52,276 bases of DNA from an uncultured Gemmatimonadales bacterium (GCA_963828735.1 CAWHFW010000007.1:1-52276), one strand, 5' to 3'. Positions 20,319 to 31,778 are shown, numbered from the stretch's first letter. The notes: generated by a model not told the origin, from the sequence alone. Numbers and translations: made by a program.

Positions 20319-21869
20319 ATGTCCGCCAGTACCGTCCGGTGCTCCGGCGCGCGTCGCCCATGCGCGCCGGCAGTGCCGACCCTGCTCGCCGCCGCCTTGG
20401 TCGGCCTCCTCGCCTGTAGCGAGGACGAGTCGCCCACCCAGCCCAGCTTCAAGCCTGTCGCCGCCCCCTCGTTCACCGTGAGCCCCTCGACGCTGCAGTT
20501 CGGCGTGCCGCGCGACGCGCCCGCCACGCTCACAGTTACCAGCAAGACCGCGACCACCATCGGCGCGGCGTCAGGTAACGCGACCTGTCTGGTCTCGCCG
20601 GCAAGCGCGGCGCTGACCAGGCCGCAGAAGATGGCGGACTACGTGGCCAGCTTCAGCGTCGCGCCGAGCGCCGCGGCGGCGAGCCCCGGCGGCTGTACGA
20701 TCACCTTCACCGACAAGAAGGGCGGGCAATCGACGGTTGCGGTGACGTTCGTCGCGAGCCAGGTGCGGCTCCGCCAGGCGACCGTCGCCACCGGCAACTA
20801 CCACAGCTGCGCCCTCGACTCGAGTGGCAGCGCCTGGTGCTGGGGTTTCAACCAGTACGGCTCGCTCGGCGACGGGACCACCACGACCCGCTCCGCCCCC
20901 GCCCCCGTGACCGGCGGGCAGACGTTCGCCAGCCTGACAGCCGGCGCCCTGCACACCTGCGGGCTCACCGGCGCGGGCATCGCCTATTGCTGGGGCGGCG
21001 CCGGCACCATCGGCGACGGGGCGCAGGTAGACCGCAGCGTGCCGACGCCGGTCGCCGGCGGGCTCACCTTCATCCAACTCGCGGCCAGCGGCTCCCGAAC
21101 CTGCGGGCTCACGTCCGCCGGCAAGGCGTACTGCTGGGGCCGCAACGCCGAGGGTCAACTCGGCGACGGGACCTTCGACGACCGGCTGGTGCCCACCGCG
21201 GTGAGCAATGCCGTCGGCGGATCGGTGGTCGTGTTCGCCAGCCTCGAGGCCGGGGCCGCGCACACCTGCGGGATCACCGGCGGCGGGAAAGCCTACTGCT
21301 GGGGATACAACGTGAACGGCCAGGCGGGCGATGGGACGCTCAACACCGTTCTCGCGGCGCCGAAGGCGGTCGCCGGCGGCCTGTCCTTCACGGAGCTCAC
21401 GGGCCGAGCCAACAGCACCTGCGGGCTGAGCAGCGGCGCGCTCTACTGCTGGGGCTACAACGGAAACGGTCAGCTCGGCGACGGCACCACCACCGCGCAT
21501 CCGTCGCCGTCGCCGGCCACCGGTGGGCCGTTCGCCTCCCTCGGCGCAGGCAGCACACCCGACCCGGCCCTCGACGGGACCCATGCCTGCGCGCTCACCG
21601 GCACTGGCGCGGCGTTTTGCTGGGGATTGAACTCCTCGGGCCAGGGCGGCGACGGCACCACCGCCGACCACGGCACGCCGACGGCCGTGACCGGCCCTGG
21701 CGGCGGGGCGCCCCTCGCATTTGCGAGCCTCTCCACCGGCCTCGCCCACACCTGCGGCCGGACGACGGGTAACGAGATCTACTGCTGGGGCGCCAACAAC
21801 AGCGGCCAGCTCGCGAACGGCAACGGCAGCCTGAGCACGCCGACGCTCGTCAGCTTCGGCTCGCCCTGA
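20319..21869 (+). CDS. RCC1-repeat lipoprotein
   Basis: LLAC lipobox; about seven HTCG...AYCWGxNxxGQLGDGT-type repeats. Confidence 0.9.
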   Translation: MSASTVRCSGARRPCAPAVPTLLAAALVGLLACSEDESPTQPSFKPVAAPSFTVSPSTLQFGVPRDAPATLTVTSKTATTIGAASGNATCLVSPASAALTRPQKMADYVASFSVAPSAAAASPGGCTITFTDKKGGQSTVAVTFVASQVRLRQATVATGNYHSCALDSSGSAWCWGFNQYGSLGDGTTTTRSAPAPVTGGQTFASLTAGALHTCGLTGAGIAYCWGGAGTIGDGAQVDRSVPTPVAGGLTFIQLAASGSRTCGLTSAGKAYCWGRNAEGQLGDGTFDDRLVPTAVSNAVGGSVVVFASLEAGAAHTCGITGGGKAYCWGYNVNGQAGDGTLNTVLAAPKAVAGGLSFTELTGRANSTCGLSSGALYCWGYNGNGQLGDGTTTAHPSPSPATGGPFASLGAGSTPDPALDGTHACALTGTGAAFCWGLNSSGQGGDGTTADHGTPTAVTGPGGGAPLAFASLSTGLAHTCGRTTGNEIYCWGANNSGQLANGNGSLSTPTLVSFGSP

Positions 21870-21967
21870 TCATCGCGAGCGTGGTAATCGGGCCCGCCAC
21901 ATTGCAATCGAGACCTGCTGGTGGAGCACCGGCGCGCGCGATAGTGCGCCGGTGCTGGCGGGCGTCT

Positions 21968-22173
21968 GGCCGCCCGCGCGCTGGGTCCCGGGAGGGCGCG
22001 GGCCGCCTTCCCGAATGCTCGCCGCGCGGGGGCGACGGGGTAGCTCCCGCAGGGCGCGTCAGTAGCCGCCACACCACTTAACCGCCGGTGGTCTCTTAAC
22101 GCCTGCGTGGCGGCTACTGCAGCGCCCGAAGGGAGCTATCCCGGCGCCCCCGCGCCCCAGCAGCGATCTTCGC
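21968..22173 (+). repeat. Dual-hairpin element copy 3 (linker and H2; H1 replaced by a short hairpin at 21925-21956)
   Basis: CTGGGTCCCGGGAGGGCGCG linker, H2 stems, tail CAGCAGCGATCT. Confidence 0.9.
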
Positions 22174-22192
22174 ACAGCGAGCCCGTAGGCCC

Positions 22193-24289
22193 TCAGGAAA
22201 TGCGCACGATCTTCGCGACCGACGGCACCCCGTTCGCGTCCACCACGAACAGCATATAGTGTCCCGGCGGCGCCAGGTTCGGATCCGTCGGCAGCGTGAT
22301 CGTCAGCGTCGACCCGCTCGTGCTGAACGAGAGATAGTTCATCCGCTGATTCATGTTGGTCGCGTGGGTCACGGTCGAGAGCCGGATCCACGTGACCTTC
22401 GCGATGGGCGCGGCGCTCGTGACGGTGACCGGGATGCTCGCGCCATAGCCGGCGTTGTCCGGGGCGCCGCTGAAAGTCGGGCGCACGGCCGCCGACCCGT
22501 CGAGCTTGAACAGGTAGGGCGGCGAGAAGATCTCGCCCGTGTAGTCGTCCGTGAGCCCGGTGGCCGCCGGCTGGCCGCTCCCGACTGACAGCACCCGCGC
22601 GTCCGGCAGCAGCAGCGCGGTGGAGTGGTAGAGCCGGTAGTGCGTCTGCCGGGCGAGCGCCGTCCAGTGCTCGGTCGCCGGATCCCAGCGCTCCGCGGCC
22701 AGGACCCGGTCGTCGGTGGGCTTGGTGTTGAATCCAGCGGCGTTGGACCCGCCGGTCGCCAGCACCGTGCCGTCGGCCAGCAGGGTCGCGTTCATCTGAC
22801 GCCGCGCCACCGCCATCGAATCCACTCGGCGCCAGCTCGGCGCGGCACCCGGATTGAGGTCGATCACCTCGGCGGTCCGAGTTGGGGTTCCGCCGCCCAC
22901 CACCAAGATCTTGCCTGCATCGTACATCACCGCCGAGCCGTAGTCCCGGCCCCCGAACGTCCGGCTCGGACCCGTAGTCCAGGAGCCGTTGCCCGAGGTG
23001 TTGAGGTATCCGGTCGCCTGGTTCGGGCCCGCCACGAACGCCGTGCCGTTCGGAGCGACGAACATCATCGGGAAGTACGGGAGCGAGGCAGTGGCGCTGA
23101 TCAGCCCGCGCCAGGCGCCTTCGCCGTTGATCCCGCCCGGACTCCACACCTCGGGGATCACGTTGAGCACGCCGGCCGTGTCGCCACCGGAGATGGTCAG
23201 GACGTCACCGTTCGGCAGGGTCAGGTTGGTGGGATACCAGCGGCCGTTCCGCATGGTGGCGCCAGGCTGCCAGGTGTTGCTCAAGTAGTCATAGAGCATG
23301 CTGGACATGAGTCCCCTGCCATCCGTACCGGTATGACCGCCGGCCACCAGGATGCGCCCGTCGGGCAGCAGCGTCTGGCCACTGCAGAACAGGTCCACCG
23401 GCTCGTTCACGTCGGTGAAGGCCCCGTTCGCCGGATTCCAGCGCACCGGTAGGTGCACCGTCCGGCCCCAGGTGAGGACCTCGCCGTTGGGGAGCAGGTT
23501 CGCGTGGATCGCGACCGCCGGCGGCGTCGACCAGTTGATGGGACTGCCCCACTCCCCCACGATCGCGACATTTGCGGGTCGGTCGAAGCTGACCACGACC
23601 GTGGTCGCCTGACTCATGGTGACGAGGCACGAGCCGCTGGCAGCTCCCGGGGCGATCGTCCCGTTGGCGTCGCACGTGCCGCCCGCCCAGGCCTTGAGGT
23701 AGCTCCCGCTGGCCGCCGTCGCCGTGAGCGTCACCTGCTGGTTGAGCGTGTAGGACGACGAACAGCCGGTCGCGCCCGCCGACCCGTTCGTGATCGTGCA
23801 GTTGATGCCGGACGGGTTGGAGATCACTGTCCCCCCACCCGCAGCCCCTCCGTTGATGGCGAGAGCGAAGACGTTGGATTGCTGTTCGAAGGTCACCGTC
23901 ACGTCCACGTTTCCGGTCACGGTGACATGGCAGGCCAGGCCGGTGTCCCCGCTGGGAGCGCAATTCGAGCTGACCAGCTTCAGCTTGGCCCCGGTCGCAG
24001 GCGTCATGGTGAGGGTGACGATCGCGCCCGACTTGTAGGCCTGGCTGCACTTCCCGCTCGCCCCCCCGCTGGCCGACACCGTGCAGCTGAGCCCGCCCCG
24101 ATCCGATGTGACAGTGCCGGCGGCCAGGCTTCCGGTGCCCTTGATGGTCACCTGATAGCGATTGTTGACCCGCGCGAACTCGGGCCCGCTGGGGATGTTG
24201 TCATTGCAGGCGGACAGCACGAGGAGTAAGGCCGCAGCGACAGCCGGCCAGGCCGCGAAGGTCGAGCGCGCACGGAACGGGGACACCAT
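22193..24289 (-). CDS. Galactose oxidase-like (AA5, kelch plus DUF1929) copper radical oxidase lipoprotein with N-terminal InlB-B-like repeats
   Basis: LSAC lipobox; DLFCSG, GRWYPT, RLYHST, VTHATN, APPGHYMLFVVD. Confidence 0.9.
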   Translation of the reverse strand: MVSPFRARSTFAAWPAVAAALLLVLSACNDNIPSGPEFARVNNRYQVTIKGTGSLAAGTVTSDRGGLSCTVSASGGASGKCSQAYKSGAIVTLTMTPATGAKLKLVSSNCAPSGDTGLACHVTVTGNVDVTVTFEQQSNVFALAINGGAAGGGTVISNPSGINCTITNGSAGATGCSSSYTLNQQVTLTATAASGSYLKAWAGGTCDANGTIAPGAASGSCLVTMSQATTVVVSFDRPANVAIVGEWGSPINWSTPPAVAIHANLLPNGEVLTWGRTVHLPVRWNPANGAFTDVNEPVDLFCSGQTLLPDGRILVAGGHTGTDGRGLMSSMLYDYLSNTWQPGATMRNGRWYPTNLTLPNGDVLTISGGDTAGVLNVIPEVWSPGGINGEGAWRGLISATASLPYFPMMFVAPNGTAFVAGPNQATGYLNTSGNGSWTTGPSRTFGGRDYGSAVMYDAGKILVVGGGTPTRTAEVIDLNPGAAPSWRRVDSMAVARRQMNATLLADGTVLATGGSNAAGFNTKPTDDRVLAAERWDPATEHWTALARQTHYRLYHSTALLLPDARVLSVGSGQPAATGLTDDYTGEIFSPPYLFKLDGSAAVRPTFSGAPDNAGYGASIPVTVTSAAPIAKVTWIRLSTVTHATNMNQRMNYLSFSTSGSTLTITLPTDPNLAPPGHYMLFVVDANGVPSVAKIVRIS

Positions 24290-24389
24290 GGATCACCTGG
24301 GGGAGAGGGCGAGGTAATCTGTCGCCTGGATCCAGGGGCCGTAAGGGTAGTGACTGCCCAGGGACGCGCGGGTCAGGTGGGAGGGGCAA

Positions 24390-24743
24390 GCCATCGGTGC
24401 AGGTGCGCCGGCGCGCGGCCGGCGCTCGACGTGCCCGCCGGGGCGCTGCAGTAGTCGCCACAAATGCGTTAGGTGACCACCGGCGGTTGAGGTAGTGGCG
24501 CCTACTGACGCGCCCCTCTGGGCACGTCAGCGCCGCCCGCGCGCCTGGGTCCCGGGAGGGCGCGCGCCGCGTTCCCGAATGCTCGCGGCGCCGGGGGCGA
24601 CGGGGTAGCTCCCGCAGGGCGCGTCAGTAGACGCCACTATCTCAACCTCTTGTAGCAGCCCCACACCTGCGTGGCGGCTACTGCAGCGCCCGAAGGGAGC
24701 TATCCCGTCGCCCCTGCGCCCAGCACCGATCTCCGCGCGGTCG
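24390..24743 (+). repeat. Dual-hairpin element copy 4 (full length)
   Basis: H1 almost identical to copy 1; terminal inverted repeat ATCGGTGC...GCACCGAT. Confidence 0.95.
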
Positions 24744-24766
24744 GGCCGGCGACACTCCGATGTGAG

Positions 24767-24806
24767 GGCGGGTCGCCGCGATCCGGAATGATCGCGGCGA
24801 CCCGCC
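24767..24806. terminator. Perfect 17-bp hairpin directly downstream of the minus-strand kinase
   Basis: GGCGGGTCGCCGCGATC-CGGAAT-GATCGCGGCGACCCGCC. Confidence 0.55.
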
Positions 24807-24809
24807 GAC

Positions 24810-27506
24810 CTACTTCGCGCCCTGCGCGGCCAGCTGCTGCACCCAGTTCTCCGCTACTATCAGCTCCCCCGGCTGCCCAGCCTCGCCCTCCCGCAGCATC
24901 AGGAACCGCTTGTCGTCCGGGCTCAGCCAGAAGCTCGGCACCGAGCCCACCCCGGCGAACGGCACCATCGAGAACAGCACCCGCTGCGCGCCGACCGAGA
25001 AGGTCGTGCCCGGGGGGATCTGCGCCGCGACCATGTCGTTCTTGCCGTTCACGTAGAGCAGCTCGCGCCCGGTACTCGACCAGGTGGGCTGGGAACCGCC
25101 CGCGGTGGAGACCTGCCACTTGGCGCCCGCGGTCTCCGGGAACGGGCGCACGTAGACCTCCAGCGCGCCGGACTCGTCCGAGGCGTACGCCAGCCAGCGG
25201 CCGTCCGGGGAGAGGTTCGGGAACAGCTCGCTCGACGCCGAGACGACCAGCGGCACCGGCGTGGAGTCGCCGAGCCGGACCCCGAGGATGTCGGGCGTGG
25301 CGGGCGGCGCGGGCGCGGTCCGGAGCAGGAGCCAGTGACCGTCGCGCGCGGCCATCACCTGGCCGATGTCCACGTCCGCCTGGGCCACCAACCGTGGGGC
25401 ACCGGTCCCGTCCGACCGGCGGGCGTACACCGGGCCTACGCCCGAGCCCGAACGGTCGGCGATGAAGTACACGTCCTTGCCATCGGCCGACCAGGCGGGC
25501 CGCCCGCTCGAGGTGTCGTTGAAGGTGAGCCGAGAGAACGGCCCCGCCGGGAGCCGCTTGACCCAGATGTCCCTCCGGCCCTCCCGGGTGAGCGCCACGG
25601 CGATCGCTTTCCCGTCGGGCGACAGGGCGGCCGACCCGATGATGCCCTGCGGGTCCCAGGTGGAATCCACCGCGGTCGCGAACCCCTCGCGGCTGACCCA
25701 GGCGGCGCGCCGGGTGGCCTGCGTGCCTCCGGTGGTATAGGCCAGCGTGCCATTCCCAGCCAAGGTGAGGTCGATGTTGAAGGCGTTGTTCCGCACGCCG
25801 ACGCCCTCGAGCAGCGCGATCGGCGAGCCGGTCGTTTCGACCTTCTTCGGATCGAATGGGATCCCGATCAGTTTGCCGTCCACCGTCACCACCAGCAGGT
25901 AGCCGGCGGCGTAGGTCGCGAACACGCCGCGGACCAGCGCGCGCGCGGGGCCGTGCGGCAGCGGCATCGCCAGGATCTGGAAGTCGGCGGGCCCCTGGCC
26001 CACGTGGCGCAGCCGGAACAGCACCCCGGTGGCGCCGGGCAGGACGTGCACCCACTCGGTGGCGATCTCCTTGTCCTTGGTGTTGATCTTGTACACCGGC
26101 TCGGTCTCGCCACCGGTCGCGCGAATGCGGGCCACCCCCGAGTCCACCTCGAAGTAGATGTAGCCGTCGTCGCCCCAGGTGGCCGAGGTGGTGTTCGCCT
26201 TGTCGGTGAGCGTCACGGTCGGCGCGCCGGCGAGCGACGCGATCCGCACCTCGGTGCCGTTCTTCACGAACCCGACCCGGCGGCCGTCAGGCGAGAAGAA
26301 CGGCTGCGACGCGCCGTCGGTGCCCGCGATCGGGGTCGCGTCGAGCTGGTCGATGCGACGGAGCCAGAGGCGGGTCCCCGACTCGGCGGGGCCGATGTAC
26401 GCCAGCGCGCGGCCGTCGGGCGAGAGCGCGATGCGGGCGCCGCCCGACGGGCTGGCCGCCTGGAGCGCCTGCGCGGACTTGAGCGCCAGGCTGAACTGGC
26501 TCAGGAGCGGCGCGGGCGGCGGATGGCGCCGAGCCCACACCCCCGCCCCGGCCGCGAGGCCGAGCGCCAGGGCCAGCACCGGCACGAGCACGCCGAGCCA
26601 GCCCGGACGCACGCGTGCGCGCGCCGCCGCGGCCGCCGGCCCTGTCGCCGGCACGGGCACGGTCGCCGCGTACGACGGGTCGCGGAGGGCGGCCGCGAAC
26701 TCGGCCGCCGAGGCGAACCGGTCGGCCGGCAGCTTCTCGAGCGCGGTGAGCGTCGCCGCCTCGACCTGGCGGGGAATGGTGTGGCGCTGCGGCAGGAGCG
26801 GCCGCGGCGTCTCGGTCACCACCCGCGCCACGATCGCCTGCGCGGTCGAGCCGGTGAACGGCGGATCGCCCGTGAGCATCTCGTAGAGCACGCAGCCGAG
26901 CGCGTACACGTCCGACCGGGCGGTGATCTCGCGCTCGCCCATGGCCTGCTCGGGCGACATGTAGTGCGGGGTGCCGAGGCTCATGCCCGTCTCGGTCATG
27001 CGGCTCCCGCTGGCCTTGCTGGCGGCGAGCGCGATGCCGAAGTCCGCCACCAGCGCCTGGCCGTCGTGGAGCAGGATGTTCTCGGGCTTGATGTCGCGGT
27101 GCACCACGCCATGGCGGTGAGCGTAGTCCAGCGCCGACGCGACCTCGGTCGTGATGCGGATGGCTTCCGCAACCGGGAGCTGCTTCTCGCGATTCAGCCG
27201 CTCGCGCAGGGTCTCGCCCTCGACGAAGGGCATGACGTAGAAGAGGTAGCCGTCGGCCTCGCCCGAGTCGAACAGCGGCAGGATGTGCGGGTGCTGCAGG
27301 TTGGCCGTGAGCTTGATCTCGGCCAGGAACCGCTCGGCCCCGATCACGGCGGCGAGCTCGGGCCTGAGGACCTTGAGCGCGACGCGCCGGTCGTGGCGGA
27401 TGTCCTCGGCGAGGTAGACCGTGGCCATGCCGCCCGCGCCGGCTTCGCGGTCGAGGCGGTAGCGGTCCGCCAAGGCGGACTGGAGTCGGCCGAGCAGTTC
27501 GGGCAT
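24810..27506 (-). CDS. Ser/Thr protein kinase-TM-TolB/PD40 propeller protein (intact)
   Basis: Full Hanks kinase motifs, TM helix, multiple FSPDG/LSPDG repeats. Confidence 0.95.
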   Translation of the reverse strand: MPELLGRLQSALADRYRLDREAGAGGMATVYLAEDIRHDRRVALKVLRPELAAVIGAERFLAEIKLTANLQHPHILPLFDSGEADGYLFYVMPFVEGETLRERLNREKQLPVAEAIRITTEVASALDYAHRHGVVHRDIKPENILLHDGQALVADFGIALAASKASGSRMTETGMSLGTPHYMSPEQAMGEREITARSDVYALGCVLYEMLTGDPPFTGSTAQAIVARVVTETPRPLLPQRHTIPRQVEAATLTALEKLPADRFASAAEFAAALRDPSYAATVPVPATGPAAAAARARVRPGWLGVLVPVLALALGLAAGAGVWARRHPPPAPLLSQFSLALKSAQALQAASPSGGARIALSPDGRALAYIGPAESGTRLWLRRIDQLDATPIAGTDGASQPFFSPDGRRVGFVKNGTEVRIASLAGAPTVTLTDKANTTSATWGDDGYIYFEVDSGVARIRATGGETEPVYKINTKDKEIATEWVHVLPGATGVLFRLRHVGQGPADFQILAMPLPHGPARALVRGVFATYAAGYLLVVTVDGKLIGIPFDPKKVETTGSPIALLEGVGVRNNAFNIDLTLAGNGTLAYTTGGTQATRRAAWVSREGFATAVDSTWDPQGIIGSAALSPDGKAIAVALTREGRRDIWVKRLPAGPFSRLTFNDTSSGRPAWSADGKDVYFIADRSGSGVGPVYARRSDGTGAPRLVAQADVDIGQVMAARDGHWLLLRTAPAPPATPDILGVRLGDSTPVPLVVSASSELFPNLSPDGRWLAYASDESGALEVYVRPFPETAGAKWQVSTAGGSQPTWSSTGRELLYVNGKNDMVAAQIPPGTTFSVGAQRVLFSMVPFAGVGSVPSFWLSPDDKRFLMLREGEAGQPGELIVAENWVQQLAAQGAK

Positions 27507-27627
27507 GCGGGATCTCGGTGAGGGGATGCGGGAAGATGGAGGGGGAGCGCACGATGGGCTAGGGCCGGAACGACGACGGCCACTTCGGCCCGATCGTCAA
27601 TGCCCAGAGGTTCGTGGTCCCGGCCGA

Positions 27628-27981
27628 GCCTTCGGTGCAGGTGCCGGCGCGCGGCCGGCGCTCGACGTGCCCGCCGGGGACGCTGCAGTCGCCGCCACGC
27701 ATGCGTTGGGCTGCTACCAGCGGTGGAGGTAGTGGCGTCGACTGACGCGCCCCTCTGGGCACGTCAGCGCCGCCCGCGCGCCTGGGTCCCGGGAGGGCGC
27801 GCGCCGCGTTCCGGGATGGTCGCGGCGCGGGGGCGCCGGGATGGCTCCCGCAGGGCGCGTCAGTAGACGCCACTACCTCCGCCTTTAGTAGCAGCCCCAC
27901 GCCTGCGTGGCGGCTACTGCAGCGCCCGAAGGGAGCTATCCCGGCGCCCCCGCGCCGCCAGCAGCGATCTCCGCGCGGTCG
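27628..27981 (+). repeat. Dual-hairpin element copy 5 (full length)
   Basis: Head, H1, linker, H2 and tail CAGCAGCGATCTCCGCGCGGTCG. Confidence 0.95.
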
Positions 27982-28087
27982 AACCGCTTGACTTGCCTCG
28001 CCGCCGCCGTGGAGGCACTATTGTCGCACCCCCCTCTTACCATCGTTCGTCAGCCGTTCGCTGCCGTTCCGCACGCAAGGGCTCACC

Positions 28088-31000
28088 ATGCGGTCTCGCA
28101 GGGTTGCACGCGGCCTCGCCGTCCTGGCGCTGGCCTCCGCCACCTCCTGGCTCGGCTGTGGGGGTGGCTCCGACATCACCTCTCCGCAAACGGGCGGCCT
28201 CGACGTCACGACCGCCACGTCCGGCCCCGAGCCCGACGCCGACGGCTACACCATCAGCATCGACGGCGCGGCGGCCGAGCCCATCGCCGTCAACGCGACC
28301 CGACACGCGGAGGAGCTGGCCACGGGGCAGCACACCGTGGCGCTCGCCGGGCTCGCGGGCAACTGCACCGCGGGAGCCGGCACCAGCGCGACGGTCGAGG
28401 TCACGGCGAGCGCGACGGCGAGCGTGCGCTTCGAGGTGGCCTGCGCGGCGACGGTGGGCACGCTCGAGGTCACGACCACGTCCACCGGGACGCCGTCCGA
28501 TCCCGACGGGTACCAGCTCCAGCTCGACGGTGGGGTCGTGGGGCCGATCGCGGTCGGCGCGACGGTCTCGATCCCGGGCGTCGCTTCCGGCAGCCACACC
28601 GTCGCGCTCGGCGACCTCGCGTCGAACTGCGCCGTGGACGGCGAGAACCCCCGCAGCGTTACCGTCGCCGCCGGCGCGACGACGAGCGCTACGATCGCGG
28701 TCGCCTGCACCACTCCCAACGCCGCCGCCGGCGACCGGGCGGCATCAGCGTCACGACCCAGACGAGCGGTCCCGATGCCGACCCCGACGGATACACCGTG
28801 TCGCTCGACGCCACCGGCGCGCTTCCCATCGGCAGTGCCGCGACCCTGCCGCTGCCCGACCTCGCACCCGGGCCGCACACCGTGGGGCTCAGCGGCCTCA
28901 GCGCGAACTGTCGGCTGGCGGGCGACAACCCGCGGAGCGTGACCGTCTCCGCCGGGACGGTGGCACCCGTCGCCTTCGTCGTCACGTGCACTGCCCTGCC
29001 GCCCTCGACCGGCACGCTCGCGATCAGCGCCAGCACGACCGGTCCCAACCAGGACCCCGACGGCTACGCCTTCGCCATCGGCCAGGGCGATGCCCAGCCG
29101 ATCGGCGTGAACGGCTCGGCCAGCGTGGACGGACTGGCGCCCGGCAGCCACTCGGTGCTGCTGAGCGGAGTGGCGGCCAACTGTACCGTCGCGGGCAACA
29201 ACCCGCGCAGCGTGAGCGTCACGGCCGGCGACACGACGAAGGTCGCGTTCAGCGTCACGTGCACGCCCGCCACCGGCTCGCTCACGATCACCACCGCGAC
29301 GACGGGTGCGCCCGCCGACCCCGATGGGTATACGGTGCGCCTCGACGGCGCGGCGCCGAGCGCGATCGGTACGAACGCCAGTGTCACGCTGGACGCGCTC
29401 GCGCCCGGCCAGCACGCCGTCCTCCTCGGCGGCTTCGCCGCCAACTGCAAGGCGCAGGGACAGAATCCGCGGACCGTCACCGTCTCCGCCGGTGAGACGG
29501 TCACGGCGGCGTTCGCCGTCGTTTGCACCACCACGACCGGCGCCTTGAGGGTCACCATCACCGGGCTCCCGGCGGGGACGAACGCGGCTGTGACCGTCAG
29601 CGGCCCCGGCGGGTTCAGCCGCGCGGTGACCGCGACCGCGCTCATCGCCGATCTCGCGCCGGGCAGCTACACCGTCGCCGCGTCGGACGTGTCGAGCGGC
29701 GGCACGCAATACAAGGCGAGCCCGGCGAGCAGCACGGTCGCGGTCGCGGCTGGCGACACGGCCGGCGCGACGGTCACCTACGGCCCGGCGGCCGGGCCCT
29801 CGCTCAACCTGCGCATCGACGGCTGGTTCCTGACGCAGAGCGTGCAATCCGCCGCGGGCGACGTGCCGCTGATCGAAAACCGCGACGGGTTCATCCGCGT
29901 GTTCGTCGTGGCCGACCAGCCCAACACCGTGCAGCCCACCGTGCGGCTGCGCCTGTTCCGGAACGGCGGCCTGACCCGCACGTTCGTCATTCCCGCGCCG
30001 GGGTCGTCCACGCCCCAGCAGCGGAACGAGGACGATCTCTCCAGCTCGTGGAACGTGAAGCTCCCGCGCGACCTGTTCAGCCCGGGGCTCACCGTGCTGG
30101 CGGACGTCGATCCGACCAACGCGATCGCCGAGAAGAACGAGACCGACAACAGCTACCCGGCGACCGGCACGCCCCAGCAGACGACGATGGTGAGCGTGCC
30201 GCCGCTGGGGGTGCGCTTCGTGCCGGTTCGCCAGCAAGCGAACGGCCTCACCGGCGACGTCTCCGCCGCCAACAAGGCGGCGTTCCTCGATCTGACCCGT
30301 CGGATTTATCCGATCTCGACGGCGGACGGCGACCTGCACGGGGTCTACACGACCACGACGGCCGACCCCCTGGTCCCGGACGACGCCAACGGCGCGTGGG
30401 TGACGATCCTGGGCGAGGTGGACGCCCTCCGCCTGGTCGAGGGGAGCGAACGCAACTACTACGGCGTCGTGCGGCTCGGCTACGCGTCCGGCACCGCCGG
30501 GATCGGCTACCCCGGGAAACCCACCGCGCTCGGGTACGACCTGGACTTCGACCGGGCGCGCGTGATGGCGCACGAGCTGGGGCACAACTTCAACCGCCAG
30601 CATACGCCCTGCGGAGGGCCTGCAGGCGTCGATCCGAACTACCCATATGCCGGAGGCCTCACCGGCGTCTACGGGTACGACCTGCAGAACGACGTGATCA
30701 AGAGCCCGCTGCTGTCCGACATCATGGGGTACTGCTCCAACCCCTGGATCAGCGACTACACGTACGACGGCGTCGCCGAGTTCCGGAGCGGACAGGCTGC
30801 GGCGGCAATGCAGTCCGCCTCGGCGCCGCAGCGCTGCCTGCTCGTGTGGGGACGCATCGTCAATGGCCGGCCCGTGCTCGAGCCGGCGTTCGAGATCGTG
30901 ACCAGGCCGAGCCTGCCGAAGGCGCGCGGGTCGTACTCGGTGGAGGCCGTGGGGCAGGACGGGTCGCGGCTCTTCAGCCTGTCGTTCGACGCCACGGCGG

Positions 31001-31371
31001 TCGAGGATAGCCGGGCCGACGCGCGGCAGTTCGCGTTCGCCGTGCCGCTCGGCGATACGCCGGGGGAACGGTTGGGGTCGCTCAGGTTGGCCGGCCCCGG
31101 TGGCACCGTCGAGGCCGCGCGTGCGCCGGCGCCGATGGCTGCGGCGAGAGCGGCGCCCGCGATCGAGGCGCGGGCGGTGGCGGGCGGGGTCGCACTGCGG
31201 TGGGACGCGACGGCGCACCCGATGGTCATGGTGCGCGACCCGGATACCGGCGAGGTAGTGTCCTTCGCCCGCGGCGGGGCGGCCAACATTGTCACCAAGA
31301 AGGCGACGTTGGACGTGGTGCTATCGGATCGGGTGGGGAGCAGCCGGGTCCGGGTCATCTCCCGGCCTTGA
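28088..31371 (+). CDS. Lipoprotein with five tandem Ig-like DPDGY repeats and an M66-like zinc metallopeptidase domain; apparent frameshift near 28735
   Basis: WLGC lipobox; repeats D.DGY...G.H.V.L.G...NC; HELGHNFNRQHTPCG, DIMGYC, WISDYTY. Confidence 0.85.
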
Positions 31372-31400
31372 GGGACAGGATCCGGCTGATCGCGGGGCTC

Positions 31401-31686
31401 GTGTGCAGGCGCCACGGCCGGAGACGACATGCCCTCCGGGGTCGCTGCAGCAACTGCTACGCTCGCGTGGCTGGTTCGGAGTTCTGTGGCAGTTGCTGAC
31501 GCGCCCCTCCGGTCATGTCATCTCCGGCCGCGCGCCTGGGTACCGGGAAGGCGCATCCACGCGTTCCGAGATGGTCGCGGCGCGGGGGCGACGAGATGGC
31601 TCGCAGGGCGTCCACCCGCTACGCGGGTACCGGTAGACGCCATTACCTCAATCGCTGGTGGTCCTTAACGCGTATCGCGGCACTAC
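31401..31686 (+). repeat. Dual-hairpin element copy 6 (type-B H1, degenerate H2)
   Basis: GACATGCCC...CAGCAACTGCTAC-25nt-GTGGCAGTTGCTG; linker CCTGGGTACCGGGAAGGCG; H2 remnants. Confidence 0.85.
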
Positions 31687-31749
31687 CACACCGGCCTGCG
31701 ACGTCCTGCGTCCAGGTCAGAAGCCGGTCCCAGTGCCATTATCGTAGCA

Positions 31750-31778
31750 TTGACAGGTCTGGTACCTGCCTCTAGGGT
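31750..31778 (+). promoter_or_regulatory. Sigma70-type promoter for the TPR gene
   Basis: TTGACA-N17-TAGGGT. Confidence 0.6.
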
